Part shown: piece after piece, positions 1 through 8,613 of the stretch
Layout: each line of letters opens with the position of its first letter
Position numbering within the stretch: the stretch's first letter is position 1
Assembly: GCA_965223545.1 (NCBI GenBank)
Contig: OZ245006.1
Location: 6,592,001 to 6,656,000 of the forward strand
Origin: Planctomycetota bacterium
GTDB lineage: Bacteria > Planctomycetota > UBA1135 > UBA2386
DNA length: 64,000 nt
Direction of reading: 5' to 3'
The notes under the pieces: model-generated
Seen by the model: only the letters and a program-made list of their open reading frames with translations
What the model was told of the DNA's origin: nothing
Databases searched by the model: none
Program-made: the position numbers and the translations under genes

Positions 1-309
1 CCTCCAACACTGTCGACTTGCAGACGTTATTCGGCCCGACAAGAAGGGCGTGCCCAGGGAAGCGGACCGTGCCGTCCGCGATCCCTCGAAAGTTTTGAAT
101 CCTGACCTGTATCAGTTCCATCCGACGCCCACCTGCAGCTTTACTTGTCGGGATCGTGCACTCCAGCCCAAGTCCCGCGCTGACGGTCGCACCGCGGCGC
201 ATGCGAAGTCAAGGAGTTAGGGTGCGTTTCTCTCCCGGACAGACGACGGCCCCGCGTCACGCCGACTCTGCGAAGCACCCGTGACCCGCCGGGACTACTG
301 CTGGTGATC

Positions 310-606
310 ATGGCTAGCAAGGCGGTGCTCCCAGCAGACCTGGTCCCACTCCGCAGGTGGGCGTCAACGCTGGGAGTGCGAACCCGCGACCTTGCGGCTC
401 AGCTTGACGCCGACGGAGTGACCGTGTGGGAACCGGTTCCTGGCGCACTCAGGGTCTCGGACGCTGCGATGGGGGAGTGGCTCGAGACTCGAGAAGTCTC
501 GCGGCTTGCGATGCTGGCCGCAGCTAGGAGCCGATCAGTGCGGCGAGCTGCTCGTCCAGGCGGTGCGCGGCCCGCAGTGCTTCTTCCGCTTGGACACCAC
601 GGCTAG
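310..606 (+). CDS. Small putative excisionase/recombination directionality factor-like DNA-binding protein
   Basis: About 98 aa; the segment LVPLRRWASTLGVRTRDL...ALRVSDAAMGEWLE resembles Xis/MerR-type winged HTH proteins; convergent with the integrase. Its 3' end overlaps the duplicated integrase tail on the opposite strand. Confidence 0.45.
   Translation: MASKAVLPADLVPLRRWASTLGVRTRDLAAQLDADGVTVWEPVPGALRVSDAAMGEWLETREVSRLAMLAAARSRSVRRAARPGGARPAVLLPLGHHG
524..598 (-). repeat. Second copy of the integrase 3' end (24 codons plus TAG), direct repeat of 977-1051
   Basis: Reverse complement encodes GVQAEEALRAAHRLDEQLAALIGS*, identical to the integrase C-terminus; 7 nucleotide differences, all synonymous; 41-bp identical core (546-586 = 999-1039). 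Confidence 0.95.
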
Positions 607-637
607 GCCTCGAGTGCCCTGGAAAATGCGGGTGGGG

Positions 638-847
638 TCATCCTTGTTCAGAAGCCGCCGTTGATCGTGGACGCTGACTGCTTCGAGCATCGACCTTGCC
701 GAAGTCTGACACTCGGAGCCCATGCCTCTGGTGGATGCCGTCGTAGCACGCTTCACAAAGCGTCGCGCCGCAGCCGCATGGGATCGTGAAGTCTTCTTCA
801 ACCTTCGTCCCGCAGTCGGCGCAGAAGACCGCTGGAAGATGCCTCAT
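638..847 (-). CDS. Small Cys/His-rich putative zinc-finger (B-box-like) protein
   Basis: 69 aa with CADC-x11-CGC-x4-CEAC-x4-H-x2-H; lies between the two integrase-tail copies; no clear RBS. Confidence 0.5.
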   Translation of the reverse strand: MRHLPAVFCADCGTKVEEDFTIPCGCGATLCEACYDGIHQRHGLRVSDFGKVDARSSQRPRSTAASEQG

Positions 848-976
848 GTCAGTTCGATACTGGCTGCTTGCTGTGCCGGGAGGTGCTGTTGGTTGAGCCT
901 CCCGCGGCCCGACTCTCCACTAGTCCGGGCAGGCCCAGCGTGCTTCTTTGATTCCCGACCGACTCGCTCGCCGGTG

Positions 977-2044
977 CTACGAGCCGATCAACGCGGCCAG
1001 CTGCTCGTCCAGGCGGTGCGCGGCCCGCAGTGCTTCTTCAGCCTGGACGCCGAGGTATTTCTGGGTCGTCGTGAGGTTCGTGTGCCCCATCTGGTGCTGA
1101 ACCAGGCGGAGGTCGCCGACCTTGTTGAGCGCCGTCGCGTAGGTGCGCCGCAGCGCCCGCGCTGAAAGGCGTGGTTCCTTGAGGCGTCGCTGCCAGCGCT
1201 TCAGCACGACGGAAACGGTCGTTGCCCTCATGAAGGGCCCCCGGCCAGTGCGGGCCTTGAGACGGGCCATGACGCCAACCAGGCGCTTGCCAAAAGCGAC
1301 CTGGCGGAAGCGCCGGGCGGTTCCCTTGTGCTGCGTAATGCGAACCGTGCCGCCGTTCTCCAACAAGGTGAAGTCCGCCGCACGAACCCGCTCGCACTCG
1401 AAAGCCCTGGCACCGGTGAACGTGATGAACATGACAAGGTCGTGGTGGAGCTCGGCGTTCTGTCGCTCACTTGCGAGGATGCGTTCCGCGAAACCAACCG
1501 CTTCCTCGATCGTGAAAAACGGTCGCTCGGGCTCTCGGGTCTTCGGTCGCTCAACGCGCCGAGCCGGGTTCTCAGCTTCGGTGAAGCCGGCCACCTTGAA
1601 TACGCGGCCGAGCACGACGAGATCACCGCGGACGGTGTTCGGGCTCGCCTTGTGCTTCCGCCTGCGCTCGGCCTTGAACCCTTCGATATGGTCGGGAGTG
1701 ACGTCGAGAACAGGGGCCTCGGGGTTCAGAATCGTCGACCACCGCGCAAACTTCTGCCTGTAGCCCTTCGCCGTGACCTCGCTTCCTCCGTTCGCGAGCA
1801 GCGCCTCCACAGTCTTGTCGAAGGCCTGGGCGAGCGTGAGCTCGCCGATTCGCTGCGCCTGTTCGTGCTTTGCCTTCATGCGCTTCCACGCCTCGAAGGC
1901 TTCAGCCTGAGTGTCGAAGGCAGGACCCCAGAGCGACTTCCCGTCCACCTGGAGCTTGGGGCGCCACACCCATCCTCGGCTGAGCTTGCGCGGGTAGATC
2001 CCGACGTAGCCCGACTTTCGCCGTGGCTTTCTCGCGCTACTCAT
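977..2044 (-). CDS. Tyrosine recombinase / phage-type integrase
   Basis: N-terminal arm-binding-like domain (GIYPRK...WVWRPKLQVDGK...FDTQAEA); catalytic motifs TGAR, HKG, RALRR, MGH, TTQKY; immediately 3' of a tRNA. Start placed at ATG 2044 because the longer ORF runs into the tRNA. Confidence 0.92.
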   Translation of the reverse strand: MSSARKPRRKSGYVGIYPRKLSRGWVWRPKLQVDGKSLWGPAFDTQAEAFEAWKRMKAKHEQAQRIGELTLAQAFDKTVEALLANGGSEVTAKGYRQKFARWSTILNPEAPVLDVTPDHIEGFKAERRRKHKASPNTVRGDLVVLGRVFKVAGFTEAENPARRVERPKTREPERPFFTIEEAVGFAERILASERQNAELHHDLVMFITFTGARAFECERVRAADFTLLENGGTVRITQHKGTARRFRQVAFGKRLVGVMARLKARTGRGPFMRATTVSVVLKRWQRRLKEPRLSARALRRTYATALNKVGDLRLVQHQMGHTNLTTTQKYLGVQAEEALRAAHRLDEQLAALIGS

Positions 2045-2051
2045 GCCAGAG

Positions 2052-2091
2052 AAAGTAGCCCAGCGAGTAGCCCGCCGCTTCAAAGTAGCCC
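2052..2091 (+). promoter_or_regulatory. Putative integrase arm-type binding sites
   Basis: Direct repeats AAAGTAGCCC (2052-2061, 2082-2091) and AGTAGCCC (2066-2073) between the tRNA end and the integrase start. Confidence 0.55.
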
Positions 2092-2155
2092 GGCGGCGGC
2101 GGCGCCTGAGCGTGCCGAAGTGCGTTTCAGACGGGCACTTCTTCGCGCTCGTGTG

Positions 2156-2231
2156 TGGTGGGCAGGGGCGGATTTGAACCGCCGACCCCAGCATTTTCAG
2201 TGCTGTGCTCTACCAACTGAGCTACCTACCC
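2156..2231 (-). tRNA. tRNA-Phe(GAA)
   Basis: Reverse complement GGGTAGGTAGCTCAGTTGGTAGAGCA-CAGCA-CTGAAAA-TGCTG-GGGTCGGCGGTTCAAATCCGCCCCTGCCCACCA: 76 nt cloverleaf, GAA anticodon, encoded CCA. Confidence 0.97.
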
Positions 2232-2272
2232 GGGCCAGAGGCGCCGAAACCTAGCGCCGCCCACCCCGCAGT

Positions 2273-3232
2273 TCAAGTCGCAAGCACCCGCCGCGCCCGC
2301 CCCACATCCTCGCGAATCTGCGCCGCCAACGCCGCCGCATCCGCGAACCGCCGCTCGTCGCGCAACCGCGCCGCGAAGCACACCTCGAGCACCGCGCCGT
2401 AGACGTCGCCGTCGAAGTCGAGCACGTGCACTTCGAGCCGCGCATCCCTTTCTCCACCCCCGTCCTCGAACGTCGGCCGCACGCCCAAGTTCGCGACCGC
2501 CGCGTGGCTCTCGCCCTCGAGCAGCACGTACACCGCGTACACCCCCCCCGGCGGCAGCACATCCGTATCCGGCGCGACGTTGGCCGTCGCGAACCCCAGC
2601 CCCCGCCCGCGCCCATCCCCATGCACCACGCGCCCCAAGACCGAGGGCCAGCGTCCCAGCAAGCGATGCGCGGCCGTCAGGTCCCCGCCCAGAATCGCGC
2701 TGCGAATGCGCGTCGACGACACCGGAGCCTCGTCCACCGTGAACGGGGTCGCGACCCGGACCGCAAACCCCAGCTCCTTGCCCAGCTCTCGCATGCGCGC
2801 GGGCGTGCCGTCGCGGTCGCGGCCGAGGGCGGCGTCGTAGCCCAGCAGCAAGCCCTCGGTGTGCAGGCCGTCGCGGAGCACGGTGCGCGCGAAATCCGCG
2901 GCGGTCAGCGCGCGCAGCGCGTCGTCGAAGTCGAGCAGCAACACCCGTTCGACGCCGGCGCGGCGCAGCAGGCGCAGGCGGTGGGGGACCGACACCAGCA
3001 ACGGCGGTGCTTGGCCGCGCAACAGCGCATCCGGGTGTTCGCGAAAGGTGACCACCGTCGGCACGCCCGTCAGTTGCGACGCCATCTCGACCAGCTCGTG
3101 CAGCAGGCGTTGGTGGCCCAAGTGCACACCGTCGAAGACGCCGACGACGACGACCGAACGGGCCTCGAGGCTGTTGCGGGCGTGGGCGCGGGGCAGGGCG
3201 CCGAGCGCGTCGAGGCCTTCGATCACGCGCAT
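2273..3232 (-). CDS. ribF: Bifunctional riboflavin kinase/FAD synthetase
   Basis: GVFDGVHLGHQ, VSSTRIR, GRGRGLGFATAN, GVRPTF, LEVHVLDF, LRDERRF motifs. Confidence 0.95.
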   Translation of the reverse strand: MRVIEGLDALGALPRAHARNSLEARSVVVVGVFDGVHLGHQRLLHELVEMASQLTGVPTVVTFREHPDALLRGQAPPLLVSVPHRLRLLRRAGVERVLLLDFDDALRALTAADFARTVLRDGLHTEGLLLGYDAALGRDRDGTPARMRELGKELGFAVRVATPFTVDEAPVSSTRIRSAILGGDLTAAHRLLGRWPSVLGRVVHGDGRGRGLGFATANVAPDTDVLPPGGVYAVYVLLEGESHAAVANLGVRPTFEDGGGERDARLEVHVLDFDGDVYGAVLEVCFAARLRDERRFADAAALAAQIREDVGRARRVLAT

Positions 3233-3258
3233 CGCGGTTCTTGGCGGGGGCGCCGGGG

Positions 3259-3774
3259 TCAGGAGCTCGCCGCCTGGTAGGCGCGCTCGAGCTCGAGCAA
3301 CTTGGCCTTGACGCGGATGCGATCGGCGGGCGTCAGGCGGTCGATGAACAGCACGCCCTGCAGGTGGTCCATCTCGTGCTGGACGATGCGGGCCAAGAAG
3401 TCCTCGAGCTTGAGCGTCTGGGGGGCGCCTTCGAGGTCTTGGTACTCGATGACGATGTTCTGGAAGCGCTCGACTTCGGCGTAGATGCCGGGGAACGACA
3501 GGCAGCCCTCGTCGCCCCATTCGCGGCCCTTCTTGCTCTTGATCTTCGGGTTGACCAGGACCATCTCCTGGTCGCGGTCGGCGGCGTCGCCGCTGGGGTT
3601 GAGCACCAGGAGGCTGATCTCGAGGCCGACCTGGGGGGCCGCCAGGCCGACGCCCTGCATGCGGTACATGGCTTCCAGCATCGCCGCGGCGGTGTCGCGC
3701 AGGGTCTGGTCGAAGGCCTCCACCGGCTTGCCGCCGCGGCGCAGGACGGGGTCTGGATAGCGGACGATCTCCAT
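3259..3774 (-). CDS. def: Peptide deformylase
   Basis: GVGLAAPQVG, EGCLSFPG, QHEMDHLQG motifs. Confidence 0.97.
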   Translation of the reverse strand: MEIVRYPDPVLRRGGKPVEAFDQTLRDTAAAMLEAMYRMQGVGLAAPQVGLEISLLVLNPSGDAADRDQEMVLVNPKIKSKKGREWGDEGCLSFPGIYAEVERFQNIVIEYQDLEGAPQTLKLEDFLARIVQHEMDHLQGVLFIDRLTPADRIRVKAKLLELERAYQAASS

Positions 3775-3932
3775 GATGGGGGCCGGCGGCCGGCGCCGGT
3801 CTCGAGGGAAAGGGTGGGCTGCGGTCCGCTCTTGCGGGGCCGGGGAGCTGTCGGTACCTTGCTCCGCCCTTTGCCCGGCGTCAAGACTCGCCGACCAGCC
3901 GCCCCGCGGCGAGGCGCCGGCCGGATCCCCCT

Positions 3933-5279
3933 ATGGACCTCAGCAAGCACCTGGACAACGCCAAGGATGCGATCTCGCGCCGCAACTACAAGTTGGCGGC
4001 GCAGATTTGCAGCCAGCTGCTGAGCATCCAGCCGGACGCCGGCGAGGCGCGGACGCTGCTGCGCCAGGCGCTCTACAAGAAGGCGGAGACCAAGCCGACG
4101 CCCAAGGTCGCCGCCTGGCTCGGCGGGGGCGTCCACCTGTTGACGCTGACCCTCACCCGGGCGATGGGGCAGCACGCGGCGGCGGCGCGCGCGGCCGAGC
4201 GCTACTTGGCGCTCGATCCGCTCAGCGAGTCGGTCAACCTGCGGCTCGGCGACTCGCTGTCGCGCGCCGGCCACGACCGCTCGGCGCTGGCCGTCTACCG
4301 GGCCTACGCCGACCACCAGCCGCGCTGCGCCGAGGCCTGTCGCAACGCCGGCGCCCTGCTCTACGAAGCCGGTGAGCTCGATGCCGCGCTCGAGATGTAC
4401 GAGCGCGCGCTGCGCGTCGACCCGCGCGACCAGGAGGCGCTCAAGGCGCGCAAGAACCTCGCCGCCGAGGGCGCGCTGCGCTCCAGCGGGATCGAGCACG
4501 CGGAAAACTCGCGCGAGCTCTTGAAGAACGCCGGTGCCCAGGCGCAGCTCGAGCGCGACAGCCGTCTGCAGCTCGACAAGGACGAGATCCAGGACGAGCT
4601 CGCCAAGCTGGAAGAGGCGTTGAGCGGCGGCGATGTCGACCTCAAGACGCTGACGCGGGTCGCCGAGCTGCGGCGGATGGACGGCGACTTCGAGGGTGCA
4701 CTCGACTGTCTCGAACGCGCGCTCGAGCTCGACGCCACTCGCTCGGACTTGGCCGACCAGGCCGGTGACCTGCGGCTGCGCATCCAGGAGAAGCGCGTCG
4801 AAGAAGCGCGGGCGCGCGGCGACGAGGCCGCGCTGGCGCGCGTCGAGGGCGTGTTCGCCGAGATGCGGGTCGCCGAGTTTCGCCGGCGCATCGAGGCGCG
4901 GCCGACCGACTTCGGTCTCCGCTGCCAGCTGGGCGAGGCGCTGCTGGCCACCGGTGACGTCGACGGCGCGATCGCCGAGCTGCAGCAAGGGGTCAAGGAC
5001 CCGCGGCGCAAGAACGACGCGCGCCTCGCGCTCGCCACTGCGTTCCGCAAGAAGGGCTTGCCCGAGCTGGCCGCCAAGCAGCTCGCGGCGGCGCTCGACG
5101 ACATCGGCGACTTCGGCCAGAAGGCGCGGGGCATCATGTACGAAATGGGTTGCGTCGCCGAGGAGGCGGGGCAGCACGAGGAAGCGCTGGCTCACTTCTC
5201 GCGCGTCTTGGAGCAGGATATCGGCTACAAGGACGTCGCGCAGAAGGTGGAACAGCTCAAGGGATCCAAGTCCAGTTGA
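3933..5279 (+). CDS. Tetratricopeptide repeat protein
   Basis: 448 aa helical protein with TPR-like units (AALEMYERALRVDPRD, GALDCLERALELD, EEALAHFSRVLEQDIGYKDV). Confidence 0.85.
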   Translation: MDLSKHLDNAKDAISRRNYKLAAQICSQLLSIQPDAGEARTLLRQALYKKAETKPTPKVAAWLGGGVHLLTLTLTRAMGQHAAAARAAERYLALDPLSESVNLRLGDSLSRAGHDRSALAVYRAYADHQPRCAEACRNAGALLYEAGELDAALEMYERALRVDPRDQEALKARKNLAAEGALRSSGIEHAENSRELLKNAGAQAQLERDSRLQLDKDEIQDELAKLEEALSGGDVDLKTLTRVAELRRMDGDFEGALDCLERALELDATRSDLADQAGDLRLRIQEKRVEEARARGDEAALARVEGVFAEMRVAEFRRRIEARPTDFGLRCQLGEALLATGDVDGAIAELQQGVKDPRRKNDARLALATAFRKKGLPELAAKQLAAALDDIGDFGQKARGIMYEMGCVAEEAGQHEEALAHFSRVLEQDIGYKDVAQKVEQLKGSKSS

Positions 5280-5301
5280 AGGCAGACGAGCCAAGAATCG
5301 A

Positions 5302-5565
5302 ATGGCACACAGCAAGCAGGCGAAGAAGAGAATCCGCCAGGACGAGCGCCGGCGGTTGCGCAACAAGGCGACCGCGTCGGCGATGCGCACTCAGTTCAAG
5401 AAGCTGATGACCCAGGTCGAAGCCGGTGATCGCGAGGGCGCTGCGGCGCAACTCGGCGAGACGCTGTCGCGCATCGACAAGGCCGCCAAACGGCGGGTCA
5501 TCCACCCCAACGCCGCCGCCCGCAAGAAGGGCCAGGCGATGCGCGCCGTGCACCGGCTCGCGTAG
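5302..5565 (+). CDS. rpsT: 30S ribosomal protein S20
   Basis: MAHSKQAKKRIRQ...IDKAAKRRVIHPNAAARKK, 87 aa. Confidence 0.96.
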   Translation: MAHSKQAKKRIRQDERRRLRNKATASAMRTQFKKLMTQVEAGDREGAAAQLGETLSRIDKAAKRRVIHPNAAARKKGQAMRAVHRLA

Positions 5566-5573
5566 CTTCGACT

Positions 5574-6539
5574 CTACTGCGGCGGGCGCACGCGCTCGAC
5601 GCGGACGCCGCGCGCGCGCAGTAGCTCGATGACGTTGCCGGGGCCGCCGAGGTGGCCGGCGCCCACCGCGAAGAAGTGGCTCTGTCGCGAATGCGTGCGC
5701 GTGCGGTCGTCGATGCGGATCGCCATGCGCAGGTTGCGGCGGGTGACGACCGCGTCCACCAGCCGCCGGCGCAGCGCCTCGTCCGCCGGCAAGAATCGCA
5801 AGGCGTCGGCGGCCAGGCAGTCGGCGTCGCCGTCCAGATAGCACTGCACCAGCCGGTCGTTGGGGTTGCCCTCGCCGTCGGCGGCTTCGCGCGCGCAGTG
5901 CAGCGCCGACTGCAGCAGCGACTGGGCCTCGCTCTCGCTGAGCATGCGGAATGGCGTCAGCTGCTCTTTGACGGTTTCCAATCCCTCGCGGCGCAGCCGG
6001 AGATCGCCGGCGAGATCCCAGAGCGCGTCGTCGAGCGGCTTCACCGGGTGTTCGCTGCGCGCCAGAGGTGCGGCCATCAGCTGCAGGGCGATGGCCCATA
6101 GCTGCAGCGGCTCGACCGCCGCCAAGCTGCTCTGGCCGGCGTTCAGATGCGCTTCGAGCTCCTCGTACAGCTGCGTGGACAGCCGGTGCCGCAACGGCCG
6201 GAAATCGGCCTTCGGCATCTGCATCGCTTCCTGGATCTCCTCCTGGCTGGCCTCGTCGAGCAGGTGCTCGGTGACCAGCACGTCGGCCTGACGCAGGGCG
6301 TCCGCCGCTTCGGGTGGCAGCTTGGCGACGCGCGGGTCCGACAGGTGGATCGTGCCGAACACCCAGCTCGGGCGGCGGCCTTGGATCTTCCACAAGAGCG
6401 GCGCCCGTGGCTCCTCGGCGGCCGGCGGATCGATCGAGTCCAGCGTGATCTGCGCGGGCGCGGTGGCTCCCGAAATCAGTAGCAGGCCGAGGAGCAGCCC
6501 GGCGGCGTGCGTCTGCAGGGGCGTCGGGATGCTTGGCAT
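5574..6539 (-). CDS. TraB/GumN (TIKI-like) family protein
   Basis: Signal peptide, LLWKI...SWVFGTIH, GLETVKEQ, RN, FFAVGAGHLGG motifs. Confidence 0.88.
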   Translation of the reverse strand: MPSIPTPLQTHAAGLLLGLLLISGATAPAQITLDSIDPPAAEEPRAPLLWKIQGRRPSWVFGTIHLSDPRVAKLPPEAADALRQADVLVTEHLLDEASQEEIQEAMQMPKADFRPLRHRLSTQLYEELEAHLNAGQSSLAAVEPLQLWAIALQLMAAPLARSEHPVKPLDDALWDLAGDLRLRREGLETVKEQLTPFRMLSESEAQSLLQSALHCAREAADGEGNPNDRLVQCYLDGDADCLAADALRFLPADEALRRRLVDAVVTRRNLRMAIRIDDRTRTHSRQSHFFAVGAGHLGGPGNVIELLRARGVRVERVRPPQ

Positions 6540-6753
6540 CGGTGTCGGCAAGATGTAACCAGGCGGCGGGCGAGCCGTAAAGCCCGTATGGCCAAGCGGG
6601 GTGCGCCCGATGCGCGCGGCGGTTGCCGCCCAGGGGTCGCGGAATCCTCGGTGTAACGGGCGCTGCGGGCGGAGGTCTCTTCGGGCGAGGACGGCGGTGG
6701 TCGCGGACTTCCCGCGCCCAAACGACCGTCCATGTTCACGAAGAGGAAGAACG

Positions 6754-7215
6754 ATGAGACGTTTCTCCATGCTCGCAGGGATCCTCCTGCTCACAAGCGC
6801 TGTCTCCGCGCAGATCAACCTGACCGGCCGTGAGCTCGCGGCCACCGCCAACGGCGTCACCGTCGGCGCCGGCTGTGTGTCGTCGGCGTCCTGCCCCGGC
6901 TCGACGCTGAGCCAGCCGGGCGCCCCGCAGTTGACTCTGCGGGTGTCGGGCAAGAAGAGCAGCCCCTACGTCATCTTCTACAGCGTGTCCGGCATCGCGT
7001 GCACGCCGGCCAGCCCGGTGACCGGAGCCATGTGGCTCGTCAACCCGCAGACCCTGGTCAGCGGCACCATGCCGCTGGGCTCGCTGGCATCGGGCTGCCC
7101 TGGCGCGGCAGTGCACACCTTCAGCGCCATTTCGGGGGTCTTCTACGTGCAGGCGACGATGCTCACCCCAGGCGGGCAGTCGGTCTACACCAGCCCGATC
7201 ACCATTCAGCTGTGA
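6754..7215 (+). CDS. Secreted hypothetical protein (single beta-rich domain)
   Basis: AGAGGA RBS, signal peptide ending VSA-Q, C-terminus FYVQATMLTPGGQSVYTSPITIQL. Confidence 0.75.
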   Translation: MRRFSMLAGILLLTSAVSAQINLTGRELAATANGVTVGAGCVSSASCPGSTLSQPGAPQLTLRVSGKKSSPYVIFYSVSGIACTPASPVTGAMWLVNPQTLVSGTMPLGSLASGCPGAAVHTFSAISGVFYVQATMLTPGGQSVYTSPITIQL

Positions 7216-7368
7216 CCTCCGCCTGATGGCCGCGGGCACCGCTGGCGGCCGTGAGGAAGAAATGCCGTAACGTCGTCGTCGCGCTGGGATCTCGACGCGT
7301 CGTGGTTGCGCCGCGAGTGTCGCCGCCAGCCGATCCGCCGCTTGACTTCCAACCGACGACGACGATTC

Positions 7369-8589
7369 ATGCATCGATTTGCACGCTTCCGGCCGGCAGG
7401 CATCACGCTGCTGGGGGTGCTCACGGCCCTTTCTCCGGCGTTCCTGAGCGCGCCCGGCGCCCCGCGCGCCTGGGACCAGCTCGCGCCGCTGTCATTGCAG
7501 TGGCGCAGCACGAACAACCCGATGTGGACCTCCGACGACCCGTTGACCTCCGACGAGTTCATTTGGGTGCGGGTCAAGGGCGCGCTGGAGCACGCCGGCG
7601 TGTACGTCGAGTTGGTCGTGTTTCCCTACTTCCACCAGCCTCCGGTCGGTGTCCTCGGCTTGGAGAAGTTCGCCGGCCTGAGTGACGTCGCGCCGACGCC
7701 GCTCGTCAACATCGATCCGAGTTGGGATCCCGGCGGCACCGGCATGGTGAGTGTGCTCGAGCCGCTGGCGCTGCTCGACCTGCACGACAGCATCTGGACT
7801 GGCGATGGTGTGAATCCGCACTCCACGCCCGAGCTGGTGCACGACCGGTGCCAACCGATCTACAAGCCCGGCCAGGGTTCGGTCACCATTCGGCGCTGGC
7901 GCACCGATCACCCGTATTTCTCGCAGCCCTTCGTCGACAAGTGGGACCGTGTCCGCAGTGCTGACGACGCGCGCGAGCTCATGACGATGGAGGGGTTGAT
8001 CAAGCTCGGCATTCTGGATCGCGTGATCCACCAGGGACACAACGCGAACCCAGGCGACGTCGAGGACTTTTGGGAGTCGGACTGGTTTCGCAACCACGCG
8101 ACCGGCAACCTCGCCGCGCGAATCCAGGCGGTCTACGTCTGGACCGACGACCACGACCCGGCCAACTTCGAGAACGGGCCGGACGACGAGTTCGAGCCCG
8201 ATGGGCTGTTCGGCGTCATCAGCACGCTCGGCAGCACCGACTTCTTCCGGTTCGAGTACGCGTACACCTCCGGGGCCGGCAAGGACTACCCCTACAACTA
8301 CCCTCCGCAGGGCAACATGGGGCAGTTCTTCCAGCCCGGTGACCCCTTCGACATCCGCGCGCGAGGCATCCTGCACGACTCGTTCGCGGTGGTCGAGTTC
8401 AACGGCAGTCCGGTGATGCCGATGATCACGCCCATCCTCCCCGGCGACGACGACGACTTCCTGGCGGCGACGATCACGGTGCCCAATCGGCCGGCGGGGA
8501 CGACGTTCGCCATCACCGGACTGATCGTCGATGGTCAGCACACGGCGATTCCACCGGCTCACCAAGACTACGGCGCCATTGCGCCGTAG
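7369..8589 (+). CDS. Secreted acidic hypothetical protein
   Basis: 406 aa, signal-peptide-like N-terminus, coding-like codon usage, no family recognised. Confidence 0.75.
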   Translation: MHRFARFRPAGITLLGVLTALSPAFLSAPGAPRAWDQLAPLSLQWRSTNNPMWTSDDPLTSDEFIWVRVKGALEHAGVYVELVVFPYFHQPPVGVLGLEKFAGLSDVAPTPLVNIDPSWDPGGTGMVSVLEPLALLDLHDSIWTGDGVNPHSTPELVHDRCQPIYKPGQGSVTIRRWRTDHPYFSQPFVDKWDRVRSADDARELMTMEGLIKLGILDRVIHQGHNANPGDVEDFWESDWFRNHATGNLAARIQAVYVWTDDHDPANFENGPDDEFEPDGLFGVISTLGSTDFFRFEYAYTSGAGKDYPYNYPPQGNMGQFFQPGDPFDIRARGILHDSFAVVEFNGSPVMPMITPILPGDDDDFLAATITVPNRPAGTTFAITGLIVDGQHTAIPPAHQDYGAIAP

Positions 8590-8613
8590 TCGGTGCGCGT
8601 CGCGCTGTGCCGT

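Larger units (their letters stand above)
1..2155. mobile_element. Edge of a tRNA-Phe-targeting integrative element/genomic island continuing beyond the window start
   Basis: Integrase next to the tRNA 3' end, Xis-like ORF, arm-like repeats, and visibly less GC-rich sequence than the flanking core genes. The other att site is not visible in the window. Confidence 0.75.

Noticed and set aside
35..152. Inverted repeat CCCGACAAG/CTTGTCGGG as a retron-like or other ncRNA boundary
   Set aside because: Only 9 bp, no supporting structure or RT in view, and context is cut by the window edge.
524..1051. Repeat pair as a diversity-generating retroelement TR/VR
   Set aside because: Differences are not adenine-specific on either strand, all are synonymous, and no reverse transcriptase is in the window.
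1..2044. Integron with cassette array
   Set aside because: The integrase has an arm-binding N-terminus and tRNA context; I saw no IntI-type insertion or attC sites.
2045..2194. 50-aa N-terminal extension of the integrase in the ORF track
   Set aside because: It overlaps tRNA-Phe and the arm repeats; ATG 2044 is the plausible start.
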